Virus record (IMG/VR): IMGVR_UViG_3300037501_000255
Source: a virus
Taxonomy: Duplodnaviria > Caudoviricetes
Strand: one strand, 5' to 3'
DNA length: 64,000 nucleotides
Part shown: one piece after another, positions 9,453 through 18,958 of the stretch
Layout: every line of letters starts with the position of its first letter
Numbering within the stretch: position 1 is the first letter of the stretch
Notes under the pieces: model-generated
Database searches by the model: none
What the model was told of the DNA's origin: nothing
Seen by the model: the letters and a program-made list of their open reading frames with translations, nothing else
Translations under genes and position numbers: made by a program

Positions 9453-11924
9453 CTAGCATTTAGACGAACCGCAATCCTTGCATGTTAAACACCCTTCGGC
9501 GTACATGACATTCTTTGAGCCGCAGTCTTTGCACTTAACGCCGGTTGTCGCACCATCGGCAATATATTTTTTAAGCACCCGAGAAAGAACCTTATTGATG
9601 TCAGTTATATTTCCATCTTTATTCAACTGAGCCACAACAAATTCAACGTTGACCCCGTGACGCAAGGACATTGAGATCATTCTAGTTGCCCAGGCTGACT
9701 CTGGATTATCGAATGTATTGACGATATTCTTAACAACAAGCTCCTCCTCTCCGTCTGGAAGATGCAGGCTGTATGTTCCATGCTTGATCTTTTTAATGAA
9801 GCCACCCTTTAACTTGGAGGGCAGTATCAGATTCTCTGCTGCGCCAGCAAAGATTTCATATGGCTTACCGTTCATGAGTCCAACAAGAATGACCCATTTG
9901 ATGCCCTTTACTGTTACATGATGTATCTCGCACGGCAGTGTTTCAGGCCGCTTCGGGGCATGTGTTGGCTGAATTTCTGTTGGTCGACCATCAGAGTCGG
10001 TTTTGGGGCCGACATCTGCGGCAACAAGAACTCCGCTCCTGCAGCTATCGCGATAAACAGTAATCCCCTTGCAACCAGACTTCCAGCCTCTACGGTAAAC
10101 CCTGTCAACATCAGCCTTAGATGCGCTATTTGGAAGATTAGTCGTCTTGGAAATAGCATGGCATACCCATTTCTGCGCCGCAGCCTGCAGATCAACTGCA
10201 GCCTCCCAGTCAATCTCGTTTGCTGTCGCCTTGTTGTACGGGCTCTGCTCTACATCGGATTTGCCAGTAATCTCCATCCATTTCGTTACACCGTGATGAT
10301 ATACGGTATACTCTTGCCACTTATCTCCCATATGATCTACAAAATCAACTCGCGCATCCTTATCATTAGGATTGATCTTCTTACGACGCTTGTAGTGAGT
10401 CATAAATACCGGCTCGATACCGCTAGTCGTCTGGGTTAGGGTAGATACAGAGCCTGTGGGAGCGGTGGTTGTGAGTGCTATATTTCTACGGCCGTGCTTG
10501 AGGTACAACTTGTGTAGCTCAGGGTCTGCATCCCAAATTCTTTGCAGGAATTTATGCCCCTTCTCTTTTTTAAGGTTAAAAATCGGGAATGCACCACGCT
10601 CACGAGCCATGATTACACTGGAGCGGTATGCTCCCAGGGCCATAGTCATATATATGGATTCTACCGCAGCAATACTCGCATCTGAGCCGTAGCGTAAGCC
10701 GAGCGCTGCAACCGTATCGCCGATAGCTGTTACCCCAAGACCGGTACGACGGCCATTTATAGCTGCAGTCCGGATACGCTGCCAAAGCACACGCTCGATC
10801 AGCTTTACCTCTTCGGGCTCTGGATCTGTATCAATTTTAGCAAGCACTTTATCTACTTGTTCAATTTCTAAATCAATCAAGTCATCCATAAGACGCTGTG
10901 CCTTCTCAGCGTCGGACTTGAATGCTTCAAAATCGAAGCTTGCCTGTTTAGTAAATGGATTTTTGACATATGAAAAGGTGTTTAGAATCATCAGACGGCA
11001 TGAATCATATTCAGACAGAATTATTTCGCCACATGGATTTGTACTCTTCGAACCAAAGCCTTCCTCGGTATATACGTCGGCAGGCGTATTCTCAAGTGCG
11101 GTATCCCAAAATAAACATCCTGGCTCAGCACTCGCATGCGCAGCTTCAACGAATTCATCCCAAATCTGCTTAGCATCTACCATTTCCTCAATAATATGCT
11201 TGGCATCTTTAGCTACAGGAAATCGTAGCTGCACTTGTGTGCCAGCCTCAACAGCGGAAAGAAATTCATCGCTCCAGCGAACAGATATGTTGGCACCAGT
11301 TACCTTTTTAAGGTCTCTCTTGATATTTATAAAGGTTCGAATCTCTGGATGGTGGCAGTTAATTGTTAGCATCAGAGCGCCACGTCGACCGCCCTGAGCG
11401 ACCTCGCGGCAAGTGTTAGAGAACCGCTCCATAAATACAGCAATGCCATCAGTTGTCCCTGCCGCATTTTGTGTAGTGAGGCCCTTGGGGCGAATAGTTG
11501 AGATATCGAAACCTACACCACCTCGCCTCTTCATAATCTGAGCTTCTTGCTGATCTGTGAACAACAGACCGCCGTAGGAGTCTGACGGTGCGGGGATAAC
11601 AAAACAATTGCTTGCAGACTGTAATTTATATGGATTCCCCAATGCACTCATTGGGGAGCCTTGGGGCACAACACGCCTAAATTCTTTGAAGAGTTCAAAA
11701 ATCTCATCTTCACTCATGGGATTAGGATACTTTGCCTCAATTCTGGCAAATTCCTTAGCCAGCCTACGGTGCATATCATGAGGAGTTGCTTCAAGCAGCC
11801 TACCATCATTATCACGCAATGCGTATTTGTTTATGAAAACTGATGCGGCTAGTTCATCGCCGCCAAAATAATTCTTAGATAATTGCATTGCCTCTTCAAC
11901 TGAAACGACCATGTTGCTCTCCAT
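9453..11924 (-). CDS. nrdJ: Class II (adenosylcobalamin-dependent) ribonucleotide reductase with TSCPD-like and Zn-ribbon C-terminus
   Basis: SNCF, RRGALM, NPCGEIIL, RRTGLGV, TTAPTGSVS, KGITVYRD. C-terminus CKDCGS...CLTCKDCGSSKC. No intein seen, and no beta-subunit gene nearby. Confidence 0.93.
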   Translation of the reverse strand: MESNMVVSVEEAMQLSKNYFGGDELAASVFINKYALRDNDGRLLEATPHDMHRRLAKEFARIEAKYPNPMSEDEIFELFKEFRRVVPQGSPMSALGNPYKLQSASNCFVIPAPSDSYGGLLFTDQQEAQIMKRRGGVGFDISTIRPKGLTTQNAAGTTDGIAVFMERFSNTCREVAQGGRRGALMLTINCHHPEIRTFINIKRDLKKVTGANISVRWSDEFLSAVEAGTQVQLRFPVAKDAKHIIEEMVDAKQIWDEFVEAAHASAEPGCLFWDTALENTPADVYTEEGFGSKSTNPCGEIILSEYDSCRLMILNTFSYVKNPFTKQASFDFEAFKSDAEKAQRLMDDLIDLEIEQVDKVLAKIDTDPEPEEVKLIERVLWQRIRTAAINGRRTGLGVTAIGDTVAALGLRYGSDASIAAVESIYMTMALGAYRSSVIMARERGAFPIFNLKKEKGHKFLQRIWDADPELHKLYLKHGRRNIALTTTAPTGSVSTLTQTTSGIEPVFMTHYKRRKKINPNDKDARVDFVDHMGDKWQEYTVYHHGVTKWMEITGKSDVEQSPYNKATANEIDWEAAVDLQAAAQKWVCHAISKTTNLPNSASKADVDRVYRRGWKSGCKGITVYRDSCRSGVLVAADVGPKTDSDGRPTEIQPTHAPKRPETLPCEIHHVTVKGIKWVILVGLMNGKPYEIFAGAAENLILPSKLKGGFIKKIKHGTYSLHLPDGEEELVVKNIVNTFDNPESAWATRMISMSLRHGVNVEFVVAQLNKDGNITDINKVLSRVLKKYIADGATTGVKCKDCGSKNVMYAEGCLTCKDCGSSKC

Positions 11925-12415
11925 TACAAATCAACTTCCTGTAATTCATTCATTGCGTTCAAAACTTGTCTGCCGGTACGCAGAGCGTATTTGATAGTGT
12001 TATATGTACCACCGCTTTTGCGCCCTTCCCAAAAACATATCATTATGTGGGATTTGTCGACTATCTGGCGATCCCTAATGTGATAATTCGCAGGCCTATA
12101 GACCTTTCCTACAATACTGGTTGACTTCGCTCTCAGTGCATGTGATAAAAGAAGCTCGGCTTCCTCTCTAGTCCAAAATTTGCCTTGAATATCTGCCGGA
12201 AATGGCAGAAAGAGATTGTACGAGATATTCTTCTCAATGCAGGCCTGCGCTACCCACATGTCCGCACCAATGCAGCCGCCAAGATTAAATTCTGCATTGT
12301 GAAAAGTGTGAGCGCAATACTCAACAAGGAGATTTGCTATCTCCTTGGCGTACTCGACATTTGCAAATCCTGTCGGTCTATGCCCCGTCACACCTATCTG
12401 TGGTACAAACATCAT
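11924..12415 (-). CDS. SLOG-superfamily (YspA/DUF1273-like) protein
   Basis: IGVTGHRP, GGCIGADMW, RDRQIVDKS, FWEGRKSGGTYNTIKYA. Confidence 0.8.
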   Translation of the reverse strand: MMFVPQIGVTGHRPTGFANVEYAKEIANLLVEYCAHTFHNAEFNLGGCIGADMWVAQACIEKNISYNLFLPFPADIQGKFWTREEAELLLSHALRAKSTSIVGKVYRPANYHIRDRQIVDKSHIMICFWEGRKSGGTYNTIKYALRTGRQVLNAMNELQEVDL

Positions 12416-13018
12416 TTACCTTTTCATGGCTGCAGGTACTGCCCCGTTAGTCTTTTGCTTCTGCTGGCGCAGTTTTGGCCGTAGAATGCTCAGTAATCCG
12501 GCAGTTCCAAACGCAGTAAGTGCTACTGCGAATAGATCAGCATTCGACCCATCACTTTTTTCCTCCGATTGAACCCCGCCATCAGCTATACTCAAGACAG
12601 TAGTCTGGCCATCTCTAGCTATGAAGATTGGAGAATTAGTAGCGGGGTTATCGTTTATGAGCCGAGCTGAATGGAGCATTTCATGTTCGTATATGGTGTC
12701 AACATGCATGCCGTCTCTCCAGTATTGATGTACGCCTTGCACTGTATCAATTACAGCGGGGCCATCCGTGCGGTGATATTTTCCGTTAACTACCCAGGCC
12801 ATTGAACCATCGGCAAAGAAGATGGCGGGGCCGCTATCGCTGTGGATTGTGAGCTGCAGGTCTCGCTGATAATAATCAAAGTACAGAATGCCATCACTGG
12901 AGAGAAGAATTTGCTCTCCTCCAGTGTTCGCGTAGTCGAAATATATGTGAAAGGGGCGGTCTGACCTGACAAGGCGAATTTGAGAAAGAGAACGCTCGTC
13001 AATCGTCGGGCTCACCAT
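12416..13018 (-). CDS. HRxDGPA-repeat protein with C-terminal membrane anchor (family member 1)
   Basis: HSDSGPA and HRTDGPA repeats. C-terminus LFAVALTAFGTAGLLSIL followed by RPKLRQQKQK. Confidence 0.75.
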   Translation of the reverse strand: MVSPTIDERSLSQIRLVRSDRPFHIYFDYANTGGEQILLSSDGILYFDYYQRDLQLTIHSDSGPAIFFADGSMAWVVNGKYHRTDGPAVIDTVQGVHQYWRDGMHVDTIYEHEMLHSARLINDNPATNSPIFIARDGQTTVLSIADGGVQSEEKSDGSNADLFAVALTAFGTAGLLSILRPKLRQQKQKTNGAVPAAMKR

Positions 13019-13304
13019 ATGTATCTCTTACCTGTTGTTCGCCAAATATATTATCTAACGTTTTGGAATCCTCGTTTAAAGCCTCTTTGCCTATCTGGGC
13101 ATACATCTCTTGTAACTCAGGATTCATCTTTTTCTGCACATATTCAATTGTATTAGCATATTGCACATCAACGCGAAATTTGCTGAAAATTTTACAGTAA
13201 TTGTTTGATCCACAGGCCGGGCATGCTGGATTTACTCCGCCCATATATACAAAATGCTCCTTCTTAAACTCACAATCCTTACATCGAAAATCAAAGAGCG
13301 GCAT
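12999..13304 (-). CDS. FmdB-family zinc-ribbon protein
   Basis: MPLFDFRCKDC...CPACGS. Confidence 0.85.
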   Translation of the reverse strand: MPLFDFRCKDCEFKKEHFVYMGGVNPACPACGSNNYCKIFSKFRVDVQYANTIEYVQKKMNPELQEMYAQIGKEALNEDSKTLDNIFGEQQVRDTYGEPDD

Positions 13305-15546
13305 GTGTTACCTCGCGATTTCGTACTTCCTGTTTCTTTGCGGAGGAGGGTTTTGCTGCTCCGGATAGATAAGAGACCAATGCAGCTATTCCTAAGGCGC
13401 CAATGGCTGTAACCCATGAGCTGCTATCATCAGTGTTGGCCACAGCCTCATCTTGCTCAGTCACCTCATTCGCGTCCAGCACAAAGGCATACTGTATCGG
13501 TATAGCGGGGGTGCCCTGTAACGATACACGCAGTACTCCCGGATCTTCTGAATCTCTCTCGACCTTCACATCCGGTTCGTTGTCAAGATCTTTTAGAATA
13601 TTCTCTATTCTTTTTTTAACACTATCTATATCAATATGCTTAATATCGTTACCGATATACCTACTCATGCTTTCCTTCAGAAGTTGCTTGACGCGCGCCT
13701 CCTGCTCTTCTGGGCTTAAGTGATCTACTTTGAATTGCATTTCTAGTTGTTCCATAGCCTCCTCAACCTCTTCGGCCGTAAAGAATGGAGCCTCAGAATT
13801 ATGCGCAGCAGTGTGGGTCGTCGCCGAGCGAAGCGCCTCTTCACGCACGGCGCGTTCGTGCATTCTGCGGACACTAGCCGCTACCGACTCACCTGTACCA
13901 CCATCGTCCTCGGCGGCATCCCTAATGGCTGAACGATCGTCTATTAAATTATTAGATGCGATACCTTTTAGGTAAAAAATTTTTGAATTAACTAGATAGT
14001 TGCCAATAACAGATATTTGGCTGTTATCTTCGACCTCAATAAAAATTGTTGCATCTCTGATGATGCAATTGGCCAGCTCCACATCTCTAGTTGACTTTAT
14101 TTTGAGCGTCCCTCCGGTAATCTCGGCATCTGCTATACCTAGAGGTGTAAGCTCCCCGCGCAGGACTGCAGTTCCCGTCGCGCTAACTGTCATTCCGCCA
14201 AGAGATAACATGCGCATACTCATCATATCGGCGCTATTTTGAGGGGTTTCGGCTATTTTTATACCTTCACGATAGAATTCATACTGATTTACAGGTTTTA
14301 CATTGTATGTCTTAATCTTATAGAAAAACTTGTTATCCGGACACGGGACGCTCTTCAGAAGGTGATGGGTTGACTGTTCAAGGCCATCTCCGCCACCCCA
14401 CTTAACAGCAGGGAGGCCCAGCTCATCTCTATGTAATTTACCATTGCGCGCCCAAATTACGGTATGATCTCCATTATTCTCGACTAGAATAGCGGCAGGC
14501 AGATCTCCGTCGCGATGCCATACACCATTCTTAAAGAAAATCTGAGTTCCACATGGCAACTTTACAGCAGGCGTAGCGGAATTAAGGCTATGAAGTTTGC
14601 CATCCACATAGCAGTATTCCTCGCCGCCAGGCTTTATGAATGCCGGACCATCTTCGCGATGCATTGCACCGTTTTTGTAATATATTTTCGTACCATCTGT
14701 AAGCTCTATTGCAGGACCATCATCGCGATGTTTTATAGTCGTACCTGCCACATACCAAAAACGATTTCCCTGTAAATCTTGAAGACAATAGCCACGCTCG
14801 TCATCGTGCACTACAGTCGCTTCAAGTCTAGTAGCCATGAAATGCGCAATTGATGCCCGATTCTGGCCATCAGCCGAGATTCCTCTTGAAAAGATTGTTT
14901 TTGGTTGCTCACTTGCCCTGCCTCTGTGATAATATAATGTTTCGTCTCCATTTATTACAGCTGGCCCATCTTCGCGGTGTATACGACCGTGCTGTACCCA
15001 AATAGACGTTCCACCGGGAAGCGTGATTGCCGGGCCATCCGTTCGATGAATATGACCATTTTGTATATATACTGACGTACCGTCATCAAATTCAAGAGCT
15101 GGAGCTCCATCGCGATGAGGTACTCCATTCTCACACCAGCACGTATACTTGATGTTAGTGTCCGGAATCAACATCTCTACTGCCGGTCCATCCGTGCGGT
15201 GCAGCACTCCAGTCTTGAAATACATTTTAGAATGATCGGTGACTAACGCAGGGCCGTCTGTCCTGTGCAAATTTCCATACTGATACCAAAATTCGTGGCC
15301 ATCGGCGTTTATCATGGCAGGGCCAGATTTTCTATGCAAAAGGTGCGAGTCTTGTAGGCGATACTCGGTTGTATTATCAGAGGCTGTCTTTTCCAGGACG
15401 ACCTCCGTCGCATCTTCTACATCAAACTTACCGAGAAATGTAACAATATCCTCTCCGGCAAGCGAGCGTGGTGGAGAGGCCAGCGTGCTTAAAATTCCAC
15501 GTATGCTGTCTACTACAGCATTGTATTTATCTTTGTTTAATGACAT
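13291..15546 (-). CDS. HRxDGPA-repeat protein with a tail-sheath C-terminal-like domain and a C-terminal membrane anchor (family member 2)
   Basis: About 11 H-R-x-D-G-P-A-type repeats and a short beta-solenoid. Segment 13480-13701 aligns with the C-terminus of the sheath. Anchor WVTAIGALGIAALVSYL followed by a basic tail. Confidence 0.75.
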   Translation of the reverse strand: MSLNKDKYNAVVDSIRGILSTLASPPRSLAGEDIVTFLGKFDVEDATEVVLEKTASDNTTEYRLQDSHLLHRKSGPAMINADGHEFWYQYGNLHRTDGPALVTDHSKMYFKTGVLHRTDGPAVEMLIPDTNIKYTCWCENGVPHRDGAPALEFDDGTSVYIQNGHIHRTDGPAITLPGGTSIWVQHGRIHREDGPAVINGDETLYYHRGRASEQPKTIFSRGISADGQNRASIAHFMATRLEATVVHDDERGYCLQDLQGNRFWYVAGTTIKHRDDGPAIELTDGTKIYYKNGAMHREDGPAFIKPGGEEYCYVDGKLHSLNSATPAVKLPCGTQIFFKNGVWHRDGDLPAAILVENNGDHTVIWARNGKLHRDELGLPAVKWGGGDGLEQSTHHLLKSVPCPDNKFFYKIKTYNVKPVNQYEFYREGIKIAETPQNSADMMSMRMLSLGGMTVSATGTAVLRGELTPLGIADAEITGGTLKIKSTRDVELANCIIRDATIFIEVEDNSQISVIGNYLVNSKIFYLKGIASNNLIDDRSAIRDAAEDDGGTGESVAASVRRMHERAVREEALRSATTHTAAHNSEAPFFTAEEVEEAMEQLEMQFKVDHLSPEEQEARVKQLLKESMSRYIGNDIKHIDIDSVKKRIENILKDLDNEPDVKVERDSEDPGVLRVSLQGTPAIPIQYAFVLDANEVTEQDEAVANTDDSSSWVTAIGALGIAALVSYLSGAAKPSSAKKQEVRNREVTHAAL
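14400..15345 (-). repeat. Protein-level array of about 22-aa [LI]HRxDGPA repeats (MORN-variant/YwqK-like beta-hairpins) in two blocks (6 and 5)
   Basis: HRKSGPA, HRTDGPA x3, HRDGAPA, HREDGPA x2, HRDDGPA, HSLNSATPA, HRDGDLPA, HRDELGLPA, read directly from the translation. Confidence 0.85.
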
Positions 15547-16339
15547 GTGCTAATGTGCGCTCCTCTTTCTTCGTCTTTTTCTTTGCCTTAGTAGCGGCAA
15601 TTAGGCCGGCGAAGGCTAGGCAGGCGGCAGCACTTGCAGCTAAGCCGCCTGCCCCCTCTTCTACCACGTCTTCCTCAAGAATATCGTCTGCATCGCTTCT
15701 AATATAGTCCAAAAGTTGCTCAAGTTCCTCGTCTGATGGCATGGTCTCAGAAATACGTATCTTATCTGAGTCGTATTCCCTGCCATTATTATCCACAATC
15801 TGTACAGAGGAGGCCGACATATTCGAACCGATGATAAATATCTCTGGATTTATATCAGAGATTATCATTATCTTTGTGTCCACAAACTGTGAATTTATTA
15901 TAGCAATTCTCTTAAACGATCCACGTATAGTCATTTGGCCAGGATAATCACTTAGCGGAAGAGGAGAGAACTTTACTCTGTTTAGGATAACGTACTGCAG
16001 ATCTGCATCGGCTTCCATATTATACATTAACTCACCCTCATATTCAATGTCATATAGCTCTCGCGGATCTAGCCTGCGCGACATTCTCCTAAAAATCCCA
16101 TTTCCACACATAGCTGCCGCACGTCGATAGTATAGATCACCATTCTCATGACCGGCTAGAGAACTAAGGGCGTGATAAATCTCGAGGTCAGGCTCTTCCG
16201 TCAGTCGAGTAACACTCTTTGTATGGCTATTTAGCAGATATTTGTGCCCATGAACATCATAGAAGATCGAGCCATCAGGATGAAACTCTCGTCTCTCAAT
16301 GCGACACTGAGCTATCTCTTTCTCTGTGGTATAAGGCAT
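15527..16339 (-). CDS. Hypothetical protein with C-terminal membrane anchor (family member 3)
   Basis: Acidic linker, then GGLAASAAACLAFAGLIAA, then TKAKKKTKK. Shares segments with members 2, 4 and 5. Confidence 0.7.
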   Translation of the reverse strand: MPYTTEKEIAQCRIERREFHPDGSIFYDVHGHKYLLNSHTKSVTRLTEEPDLEIYHALSSLAGHENGDLYYRRAAAMCGNGIFRRMSRRLDPRELYDIEYEGELMYNMEADADLQYVILNRVKFSPLPLSDYPGQMTIRGSFKRIAIINSQFVDTKIMIISDINPEIFIIGSNMSASSVQIVDNNGREYDSDKIRISETMPSDEELEQLLDYIRSDADDILEEDVVEEGAGGLAASAAACLAFAGLIAATKAKKKTKKEERTLAHVIKQR

Positions 16340-17541
16340 TCTTTCTCCTCGAGACTCTTCTTTTGTACTACTTTCTTTGTTTTATACATCTTGCTCAACA
16401 TACCTACCCCTGCCGCCAAAGCCAGTGGTAGCGTCCACGAGAAAATTCCTTCCGGACCATCGGACTCTTTTACCTCTGGTTCAACCTTATCCTGCTGCGG
16501 TGAAGAGAATTCCTTGTATTCCATGGGCAGATCTAGTCTGCCAGAATCCTCTATAGCCGACGACAATATATCCACGCTATCTTTTTCTGGTGACATCATT
16601 GTGAAACATGCCGAAGGATCACATTTATGTATTCCGAATGTTGCCAAGTATAGTTCATATGGTATATCCACATCCCCGGCATCCATAACGTATAGCGATG
16701 AGCCCTCTTCTTGTAATGAACCATGAATTGCAGAGAAGTCATCTGTAGTCATAGCATCTCCGGCCAAAGCATGATAGATTCCTATAGCCGCTGCGCGGCG
16801 CTCATATCCGTGCTTAAGAGATGCCAGATCATTGAGCAGCTCGATCACCTGCAGCGAGGTGCCGCGTTCATACGCCTTTGATGATATGATGCTCCTGAAT
16901 ATCCTCCAAGCATCAATGTATGCCTTATATGCGGTGCGGCGGGCAACGACCTCTCTCATTTTAGATCGAGTTTTTTGTTTACTCATAAATTCAGCCTTTG
17001 ATAGTCTTTTGCCATTTAGGTAGTAGCTCGTTCTATTGGTTAAATGATTTATCTTAGCTGGGCCGTCGGGATTATGCAGTTTCCCGTTGTAATAGAACAT
17101 TTCTTCTGTTGTAGATTTGTTTGAGGCAATTACTGCCGGCCCACCAACACGATGGAGTGTCCCATTAATCATCCAAGCCGTATATGAACCGTCACTTGTC
17201 TCTACTGCCGGCCCATCGGTCCTATGCGGTTTGCGTGTTTGGCGACTCTTCCAGATCCGCTGCAGCGCTCCGTTTGGCAGGTAGTGGTAGTGGGGCTCAA
17301 TTTTGACGCGCTCACAATACTGTTCGTACGTTAGTCTTTGACCGTCACAGTAATACAGTTCTTTGCCATCACTAGTGACGATTGCTGGGCCCGACTCGCA
17401 ATGAATAGGTGAGCCACCAACAGTCTCTATGGCAACACCAAAAGTATCGCACGTGCTTTCTACCAAATACTCTTTAACATTACGGACTTTGCCGTCACGT
17501 GTTTTAATCACCGTCATTTTCTGAGCTGACATGTTCCACAC
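16312..17541 (-). CDS. HRxDGPA-repeat protein with C-terminal membrane anchor (family member 4)
   Basis: HCESGPA, HRTDGPA, HRVGGPA, HNPDGPA. Anchor IFSWTLPLALAAGVGML followed by KMYKTKKVVQKK. Confidence 0.75.
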   Translation of the reverse strand: MWNMSAQKMTVIKTRDGKVRNVKEYLVESTCDTFGVAIETVGGSPIHCESGPAIVTSDGKELYYCDGQRLTYEQYCERVKIEPHYHYLPNGALQRIWKSRQTRKPHRTDGPAVETSDGSYTAWMINGTLHRVGGPAVIASNKSTTEEMFYYNGKLHNPDGPAKINHLTNRTSYYLNGKRLSKAEFMSKQKTRSKMREVVARRTAYKAYIDAWRIFRSIISSKAYERGTSLQVIELLNDLASLKHGYERRAAAIGIYHALAGDAMTTDDFSAIHGSLQEEGSSLYVMDAGDVDIPYELYLATFGIHKCDPSACFTMMSPEKDSVDILSSAIEDSGRLDLPMEYKEFSSPQQDKVEPEVKESDGPEGIFSWTLPLALAAGVGMLSKMYKTKKVVQKKSLEEKECLIPQRKR

Positions 17542-18958
17542 CTATAAAGTCATCCAATTGCTCAACTAATTCTGAGGCTGCAGATGGATCGTATACCCTC
17601 ATCTTACCGAAATCTTTTACAAATTGCAATTCGCCCTTCTCCGCATCACGCATTTTGACAATTTGAAATGGCATATCTTGGTATTGATGCTCATTATCCC
17701 TGCTCTCGATAACGAATACCATGTTGGCATTTTGTGATATGCCTGAAGCTCGCGCAAGCCTTGTGGTATTGTACTTTTGATTATTTAGTGAGTGACTAGC
17801 ATTATTAGGACGATTTACTTGACATGGTGTTACTATAGGAACATCATAAATTCGGGCCAGTTCATGCAAGCCGGCAGCAATATCGCCCTGAGCCTTCCAG
17901 TCCGCTTCGTCCTCGGCACCCTTCATTAGTCCGATATAATCGACTACAACAAGATCTACATCCATTGACTCTTTGACTTCGAGTAACTTTGCCTCAACGT
18001 CATCGACACCCACACCTCTAGGCATGTCTGCCACGAACAACTTCTTCTGCTTATCATATTCTTTGATAAACTTACATGCTTTCTTGAATGAATTCATGTC
18101 TTCGGCCTGAAGCTGTCCCCGTCTAAGATCGCCAAATGGCAGCTTGCCGATACAGGAAACCATTCTCTTGTTTAGGTAGGCGCTGCTGGATGCCTGACCT
18201 CTGTTTGAGCGCGGCATTTCCAATGAGATGTACAGAATATTATTCCCATCATCTTTAAAGTCTGCCGGTGCCGTATCAATTGTATTGCTGCCCATCCAAG
18301 CATTGATTGCCCAATTCATTGATACAAGAGATTTACCTGATCCCTCAAAACCCGCAATAATGATCAGCTCTCCGCCGAAGAAGCCATTAGTGAGATTATC
18401 TAGGCTATCGAAGCGCGTTAGTACACCCTTGAAGTCCTGCGGACTTGTGGCGATGTGATTGTATTCTTTAAAAATGTTGACTATATCCTCGCCGAGAGTT
18501 CCCTCATCAAGTGCCTTGCCTTGGCTTATTAGATTAATCTCGCGGTGGGCATCAGTGAGGCGCTTATTTAACTCGCGAATATCCATATTAGCCGAAAGTC
18601 CGGCACCAAGACTGCTGGAGAGTTCTGAAACTAAGGCTTTATTGTACCTGTCTTTAAGTAGTTTAAGGTAAAATTTGAAATCAGTCTCTGGACCGGTCTG
18701 TATGCCTAGAACTTCTTGGTACTGATTTCCAATCTTTGTCTTCAGTGCCCCATAACCCGCAGCATCGCAATACTGCATCATAGCCTGTGGGCTTAGAACC
18801 TCCTTGATAGATGGCTCCAGAAATGCTGAGTGGAGGATAGTAAAGAAGTCTCTAAACTCTGCTGAAAAGTACCCCGCTTTAACTGAGCGTGATAATTCCA
18901 TCATACTTTTTCGGCTACGCACAGCATAGCTAAGTATTGTCTGATCTAAATTATTCAT
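17504..18958 (-). CDS. dnaB: Replicative DNA helicase, DnaB family
   Basis: IIIAGFEGSGKSL Walker A, LYISLEM, VVVDYIGLM, PCQVNR, VKMRD. Confidence 0.92.
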   Translation of the reverse strand: MNNLDQTILSYAVRSRKSMMELSRSVKAGYFSAEFRDFFTILHSAFLEPSIKEVLSPQAMMQYCDAAGYGALKTKIGNQYQEVLGIQTGPETDFKFYLKLLKDRYNKALVSELSSSLGAGLSANMDIRELNKRLTDAHREINLISQGKALDEGTLGEDIVNIFKEYNHIATSPQDFKGVLTRFDSLDNLTNGFFGGELIIIAGFEGSGKSLVSMNWAINAWMGSNTIDTAPADFKDDGNNILYISLEMPRSNRGQASSSAYLNKRMVSCIGKLPFGDLRRGQLQAEDMNSFKKACKFIKEYDKQKKLFVADMPRGVGVDDVEAKLLEVKESMDVDLVVVDYIGLMKGAEDEADWKAQGDIAAGLHELARIYDVPIVTPCQVNRPNNASHSLNNQKYNTTRLARASGISQNANMVFVIESRDNEHQYQDMPFQIVKMRDAEKGELQFVKDFGKMRVYDPSAASELVEQLDDFIGVEHVSSENDGD

